DNA from: an uncultured Clostridia bacterium
GTDB lineage: Bacteria; Bacillota; Clostridia; Christensenellales; UBA1242
Direction: 5' to 3'
DNA: 64,000 bases
NCBI GenBank assembly: GCA_944345705.1
Contig: CALVML010000006.1
Span: 2,202-66,201 of the forward strand
In this document: in pieces, positions 19,774-28,902 of the stretch
How positions within the stretch are numbered: position 1 is the first letter of the stretch
Layout of the letters: each line of letters begins with the position of its first letter
Position numbers and translations under genes: made by a program
The notes under the pieces: generated by a model
What the model was told of the DNA's origin: nothing
The model's input: the letters and a program-made list of their open reading frames with translations, nothing else
Databases searched by the model: none

Positions 19774-21618
19774 ATGGGAAAAATTATTGGAATAGACTTA
19801 GGTACAACAAATTCTTGTGTTGCTGTAATGGAAGGCGGAAAGCCTACTGTTATTGCAAATGCTGAAGGGGATAGAACAACTCCTTCGGTTGTCGCTTATA
19901 CTAAAGAAGGCGAAAGACTTGTCGGCAAGGTTGCTAAAAGACAGGCAATTGTAAATGCCGAAAACACTGTACAATCTATCAAAAGAGAGATGGGTACAAA
20001 CTACAAAGTTACATTGAATGGCAAGGAATACACTCCACAAGAGATTTCTGCCATGATCTTGTCAAAACTTAAGGCAGATGCTGAGAGCTATCTTGGCGGA
20101 GCAGTAACTCAAGCAGTTATTACAGTTCCTGCTTACTTTAATGACTCACAGCGTCAAGCTACAAAAGATGCAGGTAAAATTGCAGGACTTGAAGTACTTC
20201 GTATTATCAACGAACCAACTGCTGCCGCTCTTGCTTACGGACTTGACAAGGGTGAAAACTCAAATCAAAAGATACTCGTATATGACCTTGGTGGCGGTAC
20301 TTTCGATGTATCTATACTTGAGATTGGTGACGGCGTATTTGAAGTTCTTTCAACAAATGGTAACACTCGCCTTGGTGGAGATGACTTCGATAATAGAATT
20401 ATCGACCTTCTTGTTGAAGAGTTTAAAAAGACAAACGGTATAGACCTTACAAGTGACAAACTTGCTATGCAAAGACTTAAGGAAGCGGCAGAAAAGGCTA
20501 AAATCGACCTTTCAGCTACTCCAAAAACAACAATCTCACTTCCATTTATTTCAGCTGATGCAACAGGCCCTAAACATATGAAATATGAGCTTACTCGTGC
20601 AAAATTTGACTCAATTACAGAAGATCTTGTAAAAGAAACAATCGACTGCACTGTGAGAGCACTACAAGACGCCAAACTTGACAAAAATCAAATTGACAAA
20701 GTTGTTCTCGTTGGTGGTTCAACAAGAATTCCAGCAGTTCAGGAAGCTGTTAAATCATTTACTGGTAAAGAGCCTTACAAGGGCATCAACCCTGACGAAT
20801 GTGTGGCTGTCGGTGCTGCAATACAGGCTGGCGTTCTTGGCGGAGAAGTTAAAGATGTCCTTCTTCTTGATGTTACTCCACTTTCACTTGGAATTGAAAC
20901 ACTTGGCGGAGTATTTACAAAACTTATCGAGAGAAATACAACTATCCCTACAAGAAAATCACAGATCTTCTCAACTGCTGTAGACAATCAGCCAGGAGTT
21001 GATATCCATGTTCTTCAAGGTGAAAGAGAGTTCGCAAATCAAAACAAGACTCTTGGAAGATTCCAACTTTCAGATATTCCACCAGCACCAAGAGGCGTTC
21101 CTCAAATCGAAGTTACATTCGATATTGATGCTAACGGTATCGTTAAAGTATCTGCAAAAGACCTTGGCACAAACAAGGAGCAGAATATAACAATCACTGC
21201 TTCATCAAACCTTAAGGAAGAAGATATCGAAAAGGCAATCAAAGAGGCAGAAGCTCACGCTGAAGAAGATAAGAAGAGAAAGGAACTGGTAGAAACTAAA
21301 AACCAGGCTGACAACTTAGTTTACGGTCTTGAAAAGATGCTTAAAGAAAATGGCGACAAACTCGAAGAGGCTGATAAGAAGAAGCTTGAAGAAGCAATCG
21401 AAAAAGCTAAGAAAGACTTTGAGAGTGAAGATATCGAAGTTGTTAAGAAGGCTATTGACGAACTTACAAATGTTTCAAATGGTATTGTTTCTAAGATGTA
21501 CAGTTCGGCAAACCCTAACGGAAATGCTGGTGCAAATGGTGATGCAGGCGCAAGTGATGGATCAAACGGCGACAATGGCTCAGATCCAGAAGTAGTTGTT
21601 GACGATGACAATAAGTAA
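19774..21618 (+). CDS. dnaK: Chaperone DnaK (Hsp70)
   Basis: [25 protein letters not shown] and [14 protein letters not shown] motifs. Confidence 0.98.
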   Translation: MGKIIGIDLGTTNSCVAVMEGGKPTVIANAEGDRTTPSVVAYTKEGERLVGKVAKRQAIVNAENTVQSIKREMGTNYKVTLNGKEYTPQEISAMILSKLKADAESYLGGAVTQAVITVPAYFNDSQRQATKDAGKIAGLEVLRIINEPTAAALAYGLDKGENSNQKILVYDLGGGTFDVSILEIGDGVFEVLSTNGNTRLGGDDFDNRIIDLLVEEFKKTNGIDLTSDKLAMQRLKEAAEKAKIDLSATPKTTISLPFISADATGPKHMKYELTRAKFDSITEDLVKETIDCTVRALQDAKLDKNQIDKVVLVGGSTRIPAVQEAVKSFTGKEPYKGINPDECVAVGAAIQAGVLGGEVKDVLLLDVTPLSLGIETLGGVFTKLIERNTTIPTRKSQIFSTAVDNQPGVDIHVLQGEREFANQNKTLGRFQLSDIPPAPRGVPQIEVTFDIDANGIVKVSAKDLGTNKEQNITITASSNLKEEDIEKAIKEAEAHAEEDKKRKELVETKNQADNLVYGLEKMLKENGDKLEEADKKKLEEAIEKAKKDFESEDIEVVKKAIDELTNVSNGIVSKMYSSANPNGNAGANGDAGASDGSNGDNGSDPEVVVDDDNK

Positions 21619-21619
21619 T

Positions 21620-22108
21620 ATGAAATACCTATTGATAGTTGATGTCCAAAATGGATTTATTAATGACAAAAATAGTAAGATTGTTCCAAATATAGAAAAA
21701 TTGGTAAAATCGCTAGATTTCGATGAGATAATCGTTACTAAATTTATTAATAAACCAGACAGTCAATATTTTAAGCAATTAAATTGGCATAAAATGACAA
21801 GTTCGCCGGATATAGATTTGGCATTCAATTTACAAGATCAAGCGAAGGTGACAATTGTAGAAAAAACATCTTATTCGCTTCCACAAAATATTGTAAATTC
21901 TCTTTTTGATGAAGATGCCGAGATCTATATCTGCGGACTTGATTATTATGCTTGCGTGCTTGCGATAGGTTTTCAGTTATTTGATTTAGGATATAGCGTC
22001 AAATTTTTGATGAATGCTATCTCAACCGCAAACTCAGAGCCAATGCCAATTGAATATTTTGAGAAGATTATTAACAGAAATTTTGGCAAAGAAAGCATAA
22101 TAAAATAG
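21620..22108 (+). CDS. Isochorismatase-family cysteine hydrolase (nicotinamidase-like)
   Basis: MKYLLIVDVQNGFIND... N-terminus and IYICGLDYYACVLAIGFQLFDLGY (catalytic Cys context). ATG at 21620 lies 2 nt after the dnaK stop. Confidence 0.7.
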   Translation: MKYLLIVDVQNGFINDKNSKIVPNIEKLVKSLDFDEIIVTKFINKPDSQYFKQLNWHKMTSSPDIDLAFNLQDQAKVTIVEKTSYSLPQNIVNSLFDEDAEIYICGLDYYACVLAIGFQLFDLGYSVKFLMNAISTANSEPMPIEYFEKIINRNFGKESIIK

Positions 22109-22145
22109 ATAAAAATTCATATACTTAAAATTTTAAGGAAAAATT

Positions 22146-23267
22146 ATGGCAAATAAAGATTATTATTCAATTCTTGGGGTTGATAAAAACGCAAGTGATG
22201 ATGAGATCAAATCGGCTTATCGCAGGCTTGCAAAAAAATATCATCCAGATCTAAATAAAACTGAAGAAGCGGCGGCAAAGTTCAAGGAGATCAATGAAGC
22301 CTACCAGGTGCTTGGTGACAGTCAAAAGCGAGCAAGCTATGATCAGTTTGGCTCAGCTGATGGCAATCCATTCGGCGCAGGTGGAGGCGGTGGAGGCTTT
22401 GATGATTTCTTTGGTGGCTCTGGCGGATTTTCTGATATCTTTTCTGATATCTTCTCTGCTTTTGGCGGAAATGGAAGACGCACGCAGGTTAAAGAACGCG
22501 GTCAAGATATAAACACTCAAATCACACTTTCTTTTGAAGAAGCATGCTTTGGCTGTGAAAAAAATATCACGCTTTCTAAAATAACAAAGTGCGCTAAGTG
22601 CAACGGAACAGGTGCTAAAAATGGTAAAGAATTCTCTGTTTGTCCAGAGTGTAATGGTACAGGCAGAGTGCGCTACCAACAAAACACATTGTTTGGTACT
22701 ACTATTCGAGAAGCAGGTTGTCCGAAATGTAACGCAACAGGAAAGATTATCAAAGAAAAATGTCCAGATTGCAACGGAAAAGGCTATGAAAAATCTAATA
22801 AGACGATCAAAGTCAAATTCCCAGCTGGTATCGACAATGGTCAAACTCTGCGTATGAAGGGCGAAGGCAATGCACCAGTGCGTGAAGGAATAAATGGAGA
22901 TTTAAACATCAAAGTCAATGTCACGCCACATAAAATCTTGGTGAGAAAGGGTAATGACTTGTATATGGACTTGTATCTTCCTTTCACTACGACTTTGCTT
23001 GGTGGCAAGGTTGATATTCCTACTTTGGACGGCGTATATCAATTAAATATTCCAGAACTTACCGCATCTGGTACAGTTATGAGAATAAAAAATAAGGGCG
23101 TCAAAGTACTTAATCGAGATAGTTACGGAGATTTGCTGGTAACTATAAAAGCTGAAGTGCCAAAGAGTTTGGATAAATCTGCCAAAGCAAAACTCGAGGA
23201 CCTTGCATCTTCAATAGGTGACAATTCCTATACAAAATACAATAATTATCTAAGAAAAATGAAATAA
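22146..23267 (+). CDS. dnaJ: Co-chaperone DnaJ
   Basis: J-domain with KKYHPD, a G/F-rich linker and four CxxCxG zinc-finger repeats ([32 protein letters not shown]). Confidence 0.97.
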   Translation: MANKDYYSILGVDKNASDDEIKSAYRRLAKKYHPDLNKTEEAAAKFKEINEAYQVLGDSQKRASYDQFGSADGNPFGAGGGGGGFDDFFGGSGGFSDIFSDIFSAFGGNGRRTQVKERGQDINTQITLSFEEACFGCEKNITLSKITKCAKCNGTGAKNGKEFSVCPECNGTGRVRYQQNTLFGTTIREAGCPKCNATGKIIKEKCPDCNGKGYEKSNKTIKVKFPAGIDNGQTLRMKGEGNAPVREGINGDLNIKVNVTPHKILVRKGNDLYMDLYLPFTTTLLGGKVDIPTLDGVYQLNIPELTASGTVMRIKNKGVKVLNRDSYGDLLVTIKAEVPKSLDKSAKAKLEDLASSIGDNSYTKYNNYLRKMK

Positions 23268-23283
23268 ATTAAATAGATTAAAT

Positions 23284-23327
23284 AAAGACCAAATAATGAA
23301 AAATGCTTCATATTTGGTCTTTTTTTA
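23284..23327 (+). terminator. Rho-independent terminator after dnaJ
   Basis: AAAGACCAAATA...TATTTGGTCTTT followed by a T run. Confidence 0.7.
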
Positions 23328-23377
23328 GTTAAAAATGAGCAAAATGTCAAATTTTTTTAGAAAAAACGCTAAAACAT

Positions 23378-23405
23378 TTGACATTTTGCGGGGGGGGGGT
23401 ATAAT
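23378..23405 (+). promoter_or_regulatory. Sigma-A-type promoter with a G10 homopolymer in the spacer
   Basis: TTGACA (23378-23383), 16-nt spacer ending in a G10 run (23390-23399), TATAAT (23400-23405). Confidence 0.6.
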
Positions 23406-23457
23406 AGAGTTGTCAAAAAGAGATTTGACATTGAATTTTTTAAAAAGGAGGCGAAAG

Positions 23458-24366
23458 ATGAAAGATTCAAATGTAAGAAGAAAATCGTTTTTGATTATCT
23501 GTAACATTTTACTCGCACTACTTTTACTTGTCACTACAGCTGTGACGATCACACTTGCCGTAAGCAAGTTTAGTATGAACATAGGAGGCAATATCTCATT
23601 TCAGTCAACAGATGTACAGGTAAGTGTAAGTCAAGGCTCGATTGCAAATGGTACAGTTGCAGGTGACAACAAGATGCAGGCATTTAGTGTAACACCAGAA
23701 GATGATGGCAAAACTGGCAAAGCTACATGGAGTGGACTTGAGATCAACTTTGATGGATTAGAAGACGTCACAATCACATTTACAGTGACAAACAACCATA
23801 CAGAAAACAATGTGAAGATGACACTAGGCACAACATCAACTCAAAGCAATAACATGACCATGAAAGCTACAATAGATGGACAGCAAAAGTCTAGTGTAAT
23901 CATACCAGCAAATACAGATTCAAATGACAACACAGTAGAATGTGAAATAACATTCCATATTACAGACAACAAAAAGAGTGCCAACATACAAAACTTTGCA
24001 ATCTCATGTGATCTAGAAAACACCGATGAAGAAATAGGCCACACAGTGACTTTGCAACTAACAGGAATTGAAAGTTTTTATGCATGTTTTGCCTATAAAG
24101 TAAATGGTGGAGAATACCAATATTTTAGTGGAATGGAGGATATTATACTTCAGAAAGTTGAAACTATTCAATTTTTTGGAGATTATGGTGGTTTTGTTGA
24201 AGCGAGAGCGCCAATGAAACCTGGTGATTTAAATTTAAGTATTACTTTCAGTGACTCAAGTTATGAAAAAGCAACTTGTAGTGTAGATAATATGGGGACG
24301 TCCGTAAGTAATAGTGAAATATATACAATATCAAATGATGTTACAATAAGTTTAAATTGTGATTAA
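23458..24366 (+). CDS. Membrane-anchored/secreted protein of unknown function (302 aa)
   Basis: ATG 23458 follows AAAGGAGG. N-terminal anchor FLIICNILLALLLLVTTAVTITLAV, then a Thr/Asn-rich beta-type extracellular region. The upstream part of the track ORF (23335-23457) covers the promoter and is not coding. Confidence 0.6.
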   Translation: MKDSNVRRKSFLIICNILLALLLLVTTAVTITLAVSKFSMNIGGNISFQSTDVQVSVSQGSIANGTVAGDNKMQAFSVTPEDDGKTGKATWSGLEINFDGLEDVTITFTVTNNHTENNVKMTLGTTSTQSNNMTMKATIDGQQKSSVIIPANTDSNDNTVECEITFHITDNKKSANIQNFAISCDLENTDEEIGHTVTLQLTGIESFYACFAYKVNGGEYQYFSGMEDIILQKVETIQFFGDYGGFVEARAPMKPGDLNLSITFSDSSYEKATCSVDNMGTSVSNSEIYTISNDVTISLNCD

Positions 24367-24460
24367 TCTTAAATCAAAAAACACACGAATTTTGAATTGA
24401 ACCCTAAATGGACAACTTTAGGCTGTTTAATCCAAACTGATCGTGTATTTTTTTAATTAT

Positions 24461-25159
24461 TTAATTTTTAGTAAAATAGTTTACAAGGGTTAGTAAAGTT
24501 AGGCTTGCTGTGTCACAGCGTAAAATTCGCGAGCCGAGTGATGTGGTGATGACTTTTCTTTGACAAATCTGGGTGGCTTCCTTTTCGCTAAAACCGCCTT
24601 CAGCACCGACAATCAATGCAATGTTATCAAAACTTGAAATTTTTGCAAAATCATAATACTCTTTGCTTTTTTCATAAGCAAAGATCACACAGTCAAATTT
24701 AGATAATTTATCTAGCATTTTGTCAAAGGATAAAATGTCATTTGCCGAGATCAGTTTACTACGCTCACATTGTTTGCAAGCGGTCATGATTTGTGAAAAA
24801 AGTCTTTCTTTTTTTAGTGGCATATTCGCAGAATATTCACTTTTGAAAAAATATAGATCACTCACGCCAAGTTCTATTGATTTTGCAACGATTTTATCAA
24901 AATAATCTTTTTTTGGTAACATTTGAAAAAGGGTGATGTGTTTATTAGGATTGCTTTTATTTTCTTGAATATCGTCTATATCACAAATGCATCTATCTTT
25001 TAAAATAGATTTTATAGTACAGTAATAGTCATTGTCATCACTGATACAGGCGATAAGTTTATCACCTTCGCTCATTCTCAGCACTTTTTTGAGATGAAAA
25101 AACTCATCCTCTAAAATAATTATTTCATTTCCCTTTTTTTCGCCAAAAAATCTTCTCAT
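24461..25159 (-). CDS. rsmE: 16S rRNA (uracil1498-N3)-methyltransferase RsmE
   Basis: MRRFF... N-terminal PUA-like region and C-terminal SPOUT motif IALIVGAEGGFSEKE...LGSRILRCDTA. Confidence 0.85.
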   Translation of the reverse strand: MRRFFGEKKGNEIIILEDEFFHLKKVLRMSEGDKLIACISDDNDYYCTIKSILKDRCICDIDDIQENKSNPNKHITLFQMLPKKDYFDKIVAKSIELGVSDLYFFKSEYSANMPLKKERLFSQIMTACKQCERSKLISANDILSFDKMLDKLSKFDCVIFAYEKSKEYYDFAKISSFDNIALIVGAEGGFSEKEATQICQRKVITTSLGSRILRCDTASLTLLTLVNYFTKN

Positions 25160-25289
25160 GAATTTATTATAGCATGATTTTAATATATTTAAAAATAATA
25201 ATTTAATTTTCCTTTATATTTGCGATTTAGCAAAAAAACATATTTTTAATAATAAATTTAAGTTTTTTTTGATTATTTATTGTAATTTT

Positions 25290-25595
25290 CTATTTTCTGC
25301 CATTGCATCTTGATAGAAGATAGCCTGCAAAGAAATAGAATGCGCGGTTATCTATATTACATACAGGGTTCGGTGGCGAGCAAGGCGGAAAATTTGGCTG
25401 GCAGGGACATGAAAAGTCGCAACTTGGCTGGCAATGAAATGAAAAATCGCAATTAGGTGGTGGGGCGCAATGTGGCGGAGGAAAACAGTTTTGGCATGGA
25501 TTTGAAAATGTCCAATTGCCTAAAAATCTATTACAGCCACAGGGACTACAAAGATCAATGAAAGCGCCTTGGCGATATCTTGTGTTTATAAGCAT
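25290..25595 (-). CDS. Cys/Pro-rich small protein (101 aa), possible spore coat/structural protein
   Basis: 16 Cys and many Pro, with internal repeats (CDFSFHCQPSCDFSCPCQPNFPPC). RBS AAAGGAGAAA lies upstream of the ATG. Function is inferred from composition only. Confidence 0.45.
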   Translation of the reverse strand: MLINTRYRQGAFIDLCSPCGCNRFLGNWTFSNPCQNCFPPPHCAPPPNCDFSFHCQPSCDFSCPCQPNFPPCSPPNPVCNIDNRAFYFFAGYLLSRCNGRK

Positions 25596-25694
25596 TTTTT
25601 TCTCCTTTTGTATTTAAGTAAATTTTTTTTCAAATTTTTGTTTGTCAATATTATTTATTATTAAAAGTCGAATTTTTGTAAGTGTGTAGTAAAT

Positions 25695-25778
25695 ACTATG
25701 TGATGGTGTGCAAATAGCACACAAATTCGACAGAATTTATTAAAATTTTATGACAATAAAATTTTAACATCACATAGT
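25695..25778 (+). repeat. Solo 84-nt core copy of the structured repeat family seen at 44.6 and 46.3-46.8 kb
   Basis: ACTATGTGATG-[GTGTGC AAAT AGCACAC]-AAATTCGACAGAATTTAT-[TAAAATTTTATGA CAA TAAAATTTTA]-ACATCACATAGT. An 11-bp closing inverted repeat, ending 2 nt before the ykvI-like start codon. Confidence 0.8.
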
Positions 25779-25780
25779 AT

Positions 25781-26809
25781 ATGAATATGACAGTCATTAT
25801 ATCGACTTTGACAATCGCAAGTGTAATCATAGGGTCGGGCTTTATTAGTGGCAAGGAAATTACCACTTTCTTTTCACGCTTTGGGACCATCTCATTTGCT
25901 TGTATTATCCTTGCATTTGCAATTTATTTTTTTACAATCAAGCTTATTCTAATTCACGCATCAAAGATTTTAGATAGGCTTTCTTCTTCTCGTCTTGCAA
26001 GCATCTCTAGCTTGATTATATCAATAGTCATTACAAGTGCGATGTTTGCAGGACTTATGAAGGTTTTACAATTTCATTTTGTCTTTAATTTACTAATCTT
26101 ATTTATCATTATAATCGGAGCAACTTTTGTTTTCAAAAGGGGGCTGAAAGCACTTTCGAAAATAAATCTTTTTTTTACGGGTACGAGCATCTTGATTTTT
26201 TCCTTTTTAATTTTTTCAAGGCTTGGAGATAATATTGTTACGCTAAAAAGCAGTATTTTCGCGCCTATTTACTCGCTACTCTATGTTGCTCTCAATCTTT
26301 CGCTTTCGATTGTCATCATTGCAAGCATTGGCAAGAAGCTTTCGTCAAGACAAAAGACACGAGTGGCATTTCTGTCGGCACTCGTGCTTTGTTTACTTAT
26401 CTTCATAGTAAATATTGTTTTGCTTCAAAATCAGTCGCTTTTAGGTCAAGATATGCCCATTTTGTCACTCTTTAGTGGCGGGGCAAGGATAGTCATGCAA
26501 ATAATTATCTTCATAAGTTGTTTGACTTCCATTTACTCACTTGTATTTTCAACTTCTGTTTCTTTGCGAGGGCTGTGCAAAAATGAATTTATAAATTTTG
26601 GAGTGAGTATAATTTTGCCACTGTTTATAGGTTTGATTGGCTATGGCGTCATAATTGACTATGTCTATCCTATTATCAGCGTGCTTAGTGTAATAGTACT
26701 AATCGATCTACTTTTTATACCTTTTTTCAAGCGGACTAACAAGAAAATACATTCCAGCGGCAAGGATACAAAGAAGGGTGATGCTTGCCATAACGATATC
26801 AAGTTTTAG
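25781..26809 (+). CDS. YkvI-family polytopic membrane protein (putative transporter)
   Basis: About 10-11 TM segments. N-terminal IGSGFISGKEITTFF resembles the YkvI family motif. Confidence 0.5.
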   Translation: MNMTVIISTLTIASVIIGSGFISGKEITTFFSRFGTISFACIILAFAIYFFTIKLILIHASKILDRLSSSRLASISSLIISIVITSAMFAGLMKVLQFHFVFNLLILFIIIIGATFVFKRGLKALSKINLFFTGTSILIFSFLIFSRLGDNIVTLKSSIFAPIYSLLYVALNLSLSIVIIASIGKKLSSRQKTRVAFLSALVLCLLIFIVNIVLLQNQSLLGQDMPILSLFSGGARIVMQIIIFISCLTSIYSLVFSTSVSLRGLCKNEFINFGVSIILPLFIGLIGYGVIIDYVYPIISVLSVIVLIDLLFIPFFKRTNKKIHSSGKDTKKGDACHNDIKF

Positions 26810-27520
26810 AATTTGACTTCCGTAATTGATAAGATAGCCAAGTCCAGCCTTACTTGAAAGGTATTCGCCCATAATCGTACCCACCCAACTCATGCCGACA
26901 TTGATTTTCAGTACCGATATGAATTGTGGAAGGGAGTTAGGCAGGATGAGTTTAAATAATATTTGGAATTTATTTGCATGCATTGATTTCATTAGAAGCA
27001 GTTTATCGCTATCACAAGAAATGAATGCATTTAGCATTGAGATTATTGTCAGTACCACGCATATCAGGATACACATCACAATTGTTGCGCCTGTGCCTGA
27101 ACCTACCCAGAAGATAATCATTGGACCTAGTGCAATCTTTGGCAAAGAATTGAGAATGATTAGGTATGGCTCCATCATTCGCCTTAATTTTTCGCTCCAC
27201 CAAAGTATTATCGCAATTACCACGCCGATTACAGTAGCAAGGGCAAAACCTATCAAGGTTTCATAGAGTGAAGTCCAAATATGGATCCAAAGATTTCCGC
27301 CCTTTGCAAGATCTATGATGGTTGTGACAATTCTTGATGGACTTGAAAAGAAAAAGGGATCAAGGACGCCGGCAAAAGCAAGCAGCTCCCATAGTCCAAT
27401 AAATATTGCAAAGATTGCTAGCTGTCCAAAAAGGACAATGACCTTATCTTTTCGTATTTTCTTTAAATAATCTTTTCTTGCTTTAGAGTAGTTTATAATT
27501 TTTTTCTTTTTGTTTTTCAT
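26708..27520 (-). CDS. ABC transporter permease (NitT/TauT, SsuC-like family)
   Basis: BPD-type permease with an EAA-like loop region. Start set to ATG 27520 (MKNKKKK...), which overlaps the ATPase stop as TAATG. Confidence 0.75.
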   Translation of the reverse strand: MKNKKKKIINYSKARKDYLKKIRKDKVIVLFGQLAIFAIFIGLWELLAFAGVLDPFFFSSPSRIVTTIIDLAKGGNLWIHIWTSLYETLIGFALATVIGVVIAIILWWSEKLRRMMEPYLIILNSLPKIALGPMIIFWVGSGTGATIVMCILICVVLTIISMLNAFISCDSDKLLLMKSMHANKFQILFKLILPNSLPQFISVLKINVGMSWVGTIMGEYLSSKAGLGYLINYGSQILKLDIVMASITLLCILAAGMYFLVSPLEKRYKK

Positions 27521-28275
27521 TAGACGAGATTTCTCCAAATCATTTCAAAATATTTGCCAAAATCTTTATCCTCTCTCTTTGCAAGTGGGCTTGCGCCTTC
27601 AAAGTTTATTTCATATATTTCCTTTACATGTGCTGGACGCTTTGATAGCACAATGATTTTGTCGGACATACTGAGTGCCTCTGAAATATCATGCGTGACT
27701 AAAAGTGCTGTTTTATTTTCGCTTTTGATTATCTCATACACGTCATCACAAACCTTAAGTCTTGTTTGAAAATCGAGTGCCGAAAAGGGCTCATCAAGAA
27801 GAAGCAGGGCTGGATTTAATACAAGTGTACGAATAAGTGCCACGCGCTGACGCATACCACCGCTCAGTTGTCGAGGCTTTTTGTTTTTGAAGGGGTAGAG
27901 ATCATATTTCTTAAGCAGACTTTCAGCAAAAGCGAGAGATTTTTCATCTTTATGCTTTTTTTGAATTTCTAGACCTAAGATGATATTTTGCCAGATTGTA
28001 CGCCATTCAAATAGATGGTCGCGCTGGAACATATATCCAATTCTATTATCATGCTTTTTGACTTTTTCGCCGTTTATAAGGATTTCGCCAGACGAACAGT
28101 TTAAAAGTCCGCAAGTAAGCGACAGTATGGTTGTTTTTCCACAACCACTAGGCCCTACGAGTGATGTGAACTGCTTTTCTTTAACTGAAAAGTCCACATT
28201 TTCAAGTGCCTTGACTTCGTTTTCCTTGGTCTGATAGAAATATGAAACATTTTTAAATTCTAGCAAGTTATCCAT
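27520..28275 (-). CDS. ABC transporter ATP-binding protein (NitT/TauT family)
   Basis: Walker A GPSGCGKTT, signature LSGGMRQRVAL, Walker B LLLDEPFSALD. Confidence 0.92.
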   Translation of the reverse strand: MDNLLEFKNVSYFYQTKENEVKALENVDFSVKEKQFTSLVGPSGCGKTTILSLTCGLLNCSSGEILINGEKVKKHDNRIGYMFQRDHLFEWRTIWQNIILGLEIQKKHKDEKSLAFAESLLKKYDLYPFKNKKPRQLSGGMRQRVALIRTLVLNPALLLLDEPFSALDFQTRLKVCDDVYEIIKSENKTALLVTHDISEALSMSDKIIVLSKRPAHVKEIYEINFEGASPLAKREDKDFGKYFEMIWRNLV

Positions 28276-28409
28276 GTTGACCTCTACAATATCAGTTTAG
28301 ATTTTGGAAAGGAAAATGTGACTATTTTTAAAAATTTGGCAGTGAAGGTTGAAAGCGAAAAAATCCTATCCTATAATTTTGCCATAAGTTGCAAAGGGGA
28401 GTGAAATAA

Positions 28410-28700
28410 GTGGATGATGAAGATAAATTAAGAAAAGCACTACTCAAGAAAGCACTTGGATACAATGCTGACGAAGTGGTCGAAGAATATACTTTTGATG
28501 ACGAGGGCGCGCTAAAGTTGTCAAAAAAGAAGGTCACAAGCAAGCACTATGGTCCAGATATCAGTGCGGTCAAAGTGCTTCTAGAGAGATTTTACAAGAG
28601 TTATGAAGACAAGATATCCGCTTTTGATGATGAGGAGCTTGAAGAAGAAAGATTGCGACTTATAAAAGCACTTAAGGAGAGTGAAAATGGAAATAAATGA
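28410..28700 (+). CDS. Phage small protein, possibly small terminase subunit / DNA-binding
   Basis: 96 aa, GTG start. ...LKKALGYNADEVVEEYTFDDEG...KKKVTSKHYGPDISAVKVLLERF resembles N-terminal regions of small terminase-like phage proteins. Sits just upstream of the portal-like gene. Confidence 0.35.
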   Translation: MDDEDKLRKALLKKALGYNADEVVEEYTFDDEGALKLSKKKVTSKHYGPDISAVKVLLERFYKSYEDKISAFDDEELEEERLRLIKALKESENGNK

Positions 28701-28902
28701 GTGTAAAACCAAAACTAAATGCGATTTTTATGGTTGTAATAACCTTGCAAAATATACATTTTCAACTAAAGGACTGATTAAAAGAGATCTGTGTTTTTGC
28801 GAAGAATGTCTTGAAGGAATGTATCAAGCGATAGCAAAGCTTAAGACTCCAAAGTCAATCAAAAGTCCGTTTAAACTAAATAAAAGGAACATTGTTAAAT
28901 GA
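28687..28902 (+). CDS. Small Cys4 zinc-ribbon-like phage protein
   Basis: MEINECKTKTKCDFYGCNN...LCFCEECLEG. ATG 28687 lies 6 nt after AGGAGA. Confidence 0.45.
   Translation: MEINECKTKTKCDFYGCNNLAKYTFSTKGLIKRDLCFCEECLEGMYQAIAKLKTPKSIKSPFKLNKRNIVK

Noticed and set aside
20265-20684. 139-aa minus-strand ORF inside dnaK. Similar shadow ORFs occur at 22353-22844 in dnaJ, 5962-6267 in ftsZ and 12266-12643 in feoB.
   Set aside because: They overlap highly conserved genes on the opposite strand, and their Ser/Leu-rich translations are typical of non-coding frames.
25696-25890. 64-aa minus-strand ORF.
   Set aside because: It spans the structured repeat copy and the 5' end of the ykvI-like gene. It has no RBS and is an artefact of AT-rich sequence.
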